Below, piece after piece: positions 17,815-20,408 of a stretch of 20,408 nucleotides of DNA. Under the pieces are notes generated by a model. It was given only the letters and a program-made list of their open reading frames with translations. It did not search any database and was not told the origin of the DNA. The translations under genes were made by a program, and so were the position numbers. Every line of letters starts with the position of its first letter. The stretch's first letter is position 1. Source of the DNA: Marine Group I thaumarchaeote (GTDB lineage Archaea > Thermoproteota > Nitrososphaeria > Nitrososphaerales > Nitrosopumilaceae); assembly GCA_044358425.1 (NCBI GenBank), contig CP054849.1:46102-66509 (forward strand). Reading direction: 5' to 3'.

Positions 17815-18011
17815 TTAGTTTTCATAAACATAATGTCTTAATAAAAATTTCATTGATTTTTTAATTTATTTAATCAAAATTATGAATAACTGCTTAAATG
17901 ATTTAATTTAAAACCTATTTCATTATGTAGAAACAAATCTAAAATTTCCTTAATTTGTTTAATAATTCTGTTATATTATCTCACTAACTAAATTAATAGG
18001 AAGATCGCAGG

Positions 18012-18956
18012 TTGATTGTGTCTTGTATTAATGTAGAACATTTATCCAAATCATATGGATCAATTACAGCTGTAAATGATCTAATTTTATCCGTAAAAAA
18101 AGGTCAAGTTTTTGGATTTTTAGGTCCAAACGGTGCAGGCAAATCCACCACAATTAAGTTACTTACAACTTTGATAAAACCATCATCTGGTTCACTATCC
18201 ATTTTAGGAATTGATGCTATTTCAAATCCATTAGAAATTCGTAGTAAAATTGGAGTTGTTTTACAGCAACCAAGTTATGAGCCTACTTTGTCCGTAGAAA
18301 AATCTCTTGATAAATACGGAATGATGTGGAATATTCCAAAAATTGAGCGTAAAAAAAGAATGGAACAATTATTGAAGGATTTTGATTTGGTTGAAATTCG
18401 CAAAAAGAGAAATGAAGATCTTTCTATTGGTCAACGAAGACGTGTGCAAGTTGCACGAGAATTCATGCATGATATGGAATTATTATTTTTAGACGAGCCC
18501 ACCGTTGGATTAGATCCTGAAGCTCGCAGAAAATTACTTGATTATTTAAAAAATAAAATTAAAACTGGTTTAACAATTTTTTATACAACTCATATTTTAT
18601 CCGAAGCTGAATATCTCTGTGATGAAATAGCTATAATTGATAATGGAAAAATTCTTACTGTTGATTCACCTGATGCTTTAAAAAATAGATTTGGAAAAGA
18701 AAAAACAATTAAAATTCATTTACAAAATAAACAGTCAAACATTTCTTCATTGTTAAATGACATACCTGATTTTGAAATTAATTTTGATACTGGTACATCA
18801 ATTATAATTCATTCAGAACAATCAGAATTAATTTTATTAAGAGTTCTAAAAATACTTAATGAAAATAATATTGAAATTGAAGATTTATCTGCAGTACCAA
18901 CAAATCTTGAAGATGTATTTTTAAAAATGGTGAGAGAAAATGCATCCAATAATTAG
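18012..18956 (+). CDS. ABC-2 (DrrA/NodI-like) transporter ATP-binding protein
   Basis: 'GPNGAGKST', signature 'LSIGQRRR', 'LFLDEPTVGLDP', 'TTH', C-terminal 'NLEDVF'. Confidence 0.95.
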   Translation: MIVSCINVEHLSKSYGSITAVNDLILSVKKGQVFGFLGPNGAGKSTTIKLLTTLIKPSSGSLSILGIDAISNPLEIRSKIGVVLQQPSYEPTLSVEKSLDKYGMMWNIPKIERKKRMEQLLKDFDLVEIRKKRNEDLSIGQRRRVQVAREFMHDMELLFLDEPTVGLDPEARRKLLDYLKNKIKTGLTIFYTTHILSEAEYLCDEIAIIDNGKILTVDSPDALKNRFGKEKTIKIHLQNKQSNISSLLNDIPDFEINFDTGTSIIIHSEQSELILLRVLKILNENNIEIEDLSAVPTNLEDVFLKMVRENASNN

Positions 18957-19701
18957 ACTTGTTAATAGAAATCTAACGATTTCACTTAATCCTGGATTTT
19001 TAATTTGGCAAATTATTTTTCCTTTAATCTATATTTTTGTAGCAGGTTTTGCTTACGGTCCACTAATTAATCAGGTTCCGTTTGCTGGAAAGGATCTTGA
19101 TTATCCTGCATTTTTAGCATCTGGTATGATTGGATTTAATATTATGAATAGTACATTAATTTCTGGAATTCTCATTTGGAATGATCGACGACATGGAATG
19201 TTTGAACAAATCATGTCTGGTCCATTTACTCGCAGTCATTATATTTTGAGTAATATTTGTACAATTGGCATAATTGGATTAGTTAGTGCATCCTTAATTG
19301 CAGTGGTTGGCTATCCTGTGATCTTTCAGTCTGCAGAATTTTCACTGGCTACGATTCCAATTCTAATCTTTGGCGCAGTCGTTGGATCCATTCTATTTGG
19401 TTCATTAGCCTCAATAATTTCTACTAGATTACGCTCAAGTGAAGGATTTAATGTAATTATCAACACGGTTTTTCTTTTCTTTGCATTTGTTAGTTCTGCA
19501 TTTTACCCAGCTGATACAGCACCTGAACCATTACGTACGGCATTTTATCTTAATCCATTAACATATCTTGTCGATATTATCAGAGCAGGAATTTTTGGAA
19601 CTATTACTGAATTTGTTATTTATGAAATGATTATTCTTGCTGCACTTGCAACTGTTCTTTTTATTATTGCCTCAAAACTATTAACAAGATTAGATTTTTA
19701 A
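18940..19701 (+). CDS. ABC-2 type transporter permease
   Basis: About six hydrophobic segments, 'DRRHGMFEQIMSGP', 'SSAFYP', 'LNPLTYLVD'; overlaps the ATPase gene. Confidence 0.93.
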   Translation: MHPIIRLVNRNLTISLNPGFLIWQIIFPLIYIFVAGFAYGPLINQVPFAGKDLDYPAFLASGMIGFNIMNSTLISGILIWNDRRHGMFEQIMSGPFTRSHYILSNICTIGIIGLVSASLIAVVGYPVIFQSAEFSLATIPILIFGAVVGSILFGSLASIISTRLRSSEGFNVIINTVFLFFAFVSSAFYPADTAPEPLRTAFYLNPLTYLVDIIRAGIFGTITEFVIYEMIILAALATVLFIIASKLLTRLDF

Positions 19702-19710
19702 AAATTAGAA

Positions 19711-20408
19711 TTATTTTTTAAATTTTTCATACATTTCATTAATTGTTTTGATGACATCTAAATTTTCATATTCTACTAAATTTAAATTTGGAATGACACA
19801 ATGTCCTCCAATAATACCTGGAAACATTTTTGGTCTATTGCCCAAATTTTCATGAATTTCATCGGCAAATTTCCACATTTCATCAAAATCAACATTCTCT
19901 TTTTCACATATCATTTTAGTAATTTGAGCATAATTGATTAACCATCCATAATATGTTGTATCAACTAATATTTTTGCAAGCTCTGCAGTTTTTGTAGTTG
20001 ACATCCAATCTACTTTTTCAAATCTATTTTCTAAATCTTTTTTAATTTCTGAATTTATTTCTGTATTATCAAACGAAATAAATTTTGTATATTTTTTAAT
20101 GTCATCTAAAAATCTTCTATGTACTCCACGAACTGGTGAAAATAAAATTGGTATTGGTGATCTTTCTTGAATGTTTTTTGTAGTTCCTGGTTTTACAGTT
20201 GAATGAATTACAACAACTTGAATATTTTTTATTTTATTAATCCATTCAATTACAATATCTGTAAATTTTTCTAATTCTCCAGGTAGACAGACATGAAGGT
20301 ATTGTGGATTTTCTATAATTTTATTTTCAGCATAGTTTTTACATTTTGAATTATCTAAATCAATTCCAATACAATCAAATTTTCTATCTACAAGTAAATC
20401 AAATAATG
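19711..20408 (-). CDS. GDP-mannose/UDP-glucose dehydrogenase-family protein (5'-truncated by window)
   Basis: Frame is open to the window edge: LFDLLVDRKFDCIGID...LHVCLP...VIHSTVKPGTT...FSPVRG...AELAK...GIIGGHCV. The track start at 20004 is internal. Confidence 0.85.
   Translation of the reverse strand, partial: LFDLLVDRKFDCIGIDLDNSKCKNYAENKIIENPQYLHVCLPGELEKFTDIVIEWINKIKNIQVVVIHSTVKPGTTKNIQERSPIPILFSPVRGVHRRFLDDIKKYTKFISFDNTEINSEIKKDLENRFEKVDWMSTTKTAELAKILVDTTYYGWLINYAQITKMICEKENVDFDEMWKFADEIHENLGNRPKMFPGIIGGHCVIPNLNLVEYENLDVIKTINEMYEKFKK

Noticed and set aside
1-20408. CRISPR array, IS element, prophage or replication origin
   Set aside because: No regularly spaced repeats, transposase, integrase, viral genes, cdc6 or ORB-like G-strings were seen by eye.

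Overview
Very AT-rich, densely packed chromosomal segment, most likely from a marine ammonia-oxidising archaeon (Nitrosopumilaceae/Thaumarchaeota; inferred from gene content and order). It carries archaeal translation genes (rps6e, aIF2-gamma, a PIN protein, nop10, aIF2-alpha), a tRNA-Gly(CCC), a cobalamin biosynthesis cluster (cobO, cbiA, cbiC, cbiX, cbiG, cbiD), a bacterial-type metK next to an Sm/Lsm gene, a RadA paralog, RPA, an ABC-2 transporter and a partial nucleotide-sugar dehydrogenase. The most unusual element is an FeS-type cryptochrome/(6-4) photolyase (PhrB/CryB class) inside the B12 cluster, followed by a GC-rich hairpin and a 36-codon ORF. Also notable are two tail-to-tail Cys-rich zinc-finger microproteins missed by the ORF track, a C39-peptidase-like/TPR fusion, and two substitutions in the conserved MetK signature. 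No CRISPR array, transposase or integrase was seen.
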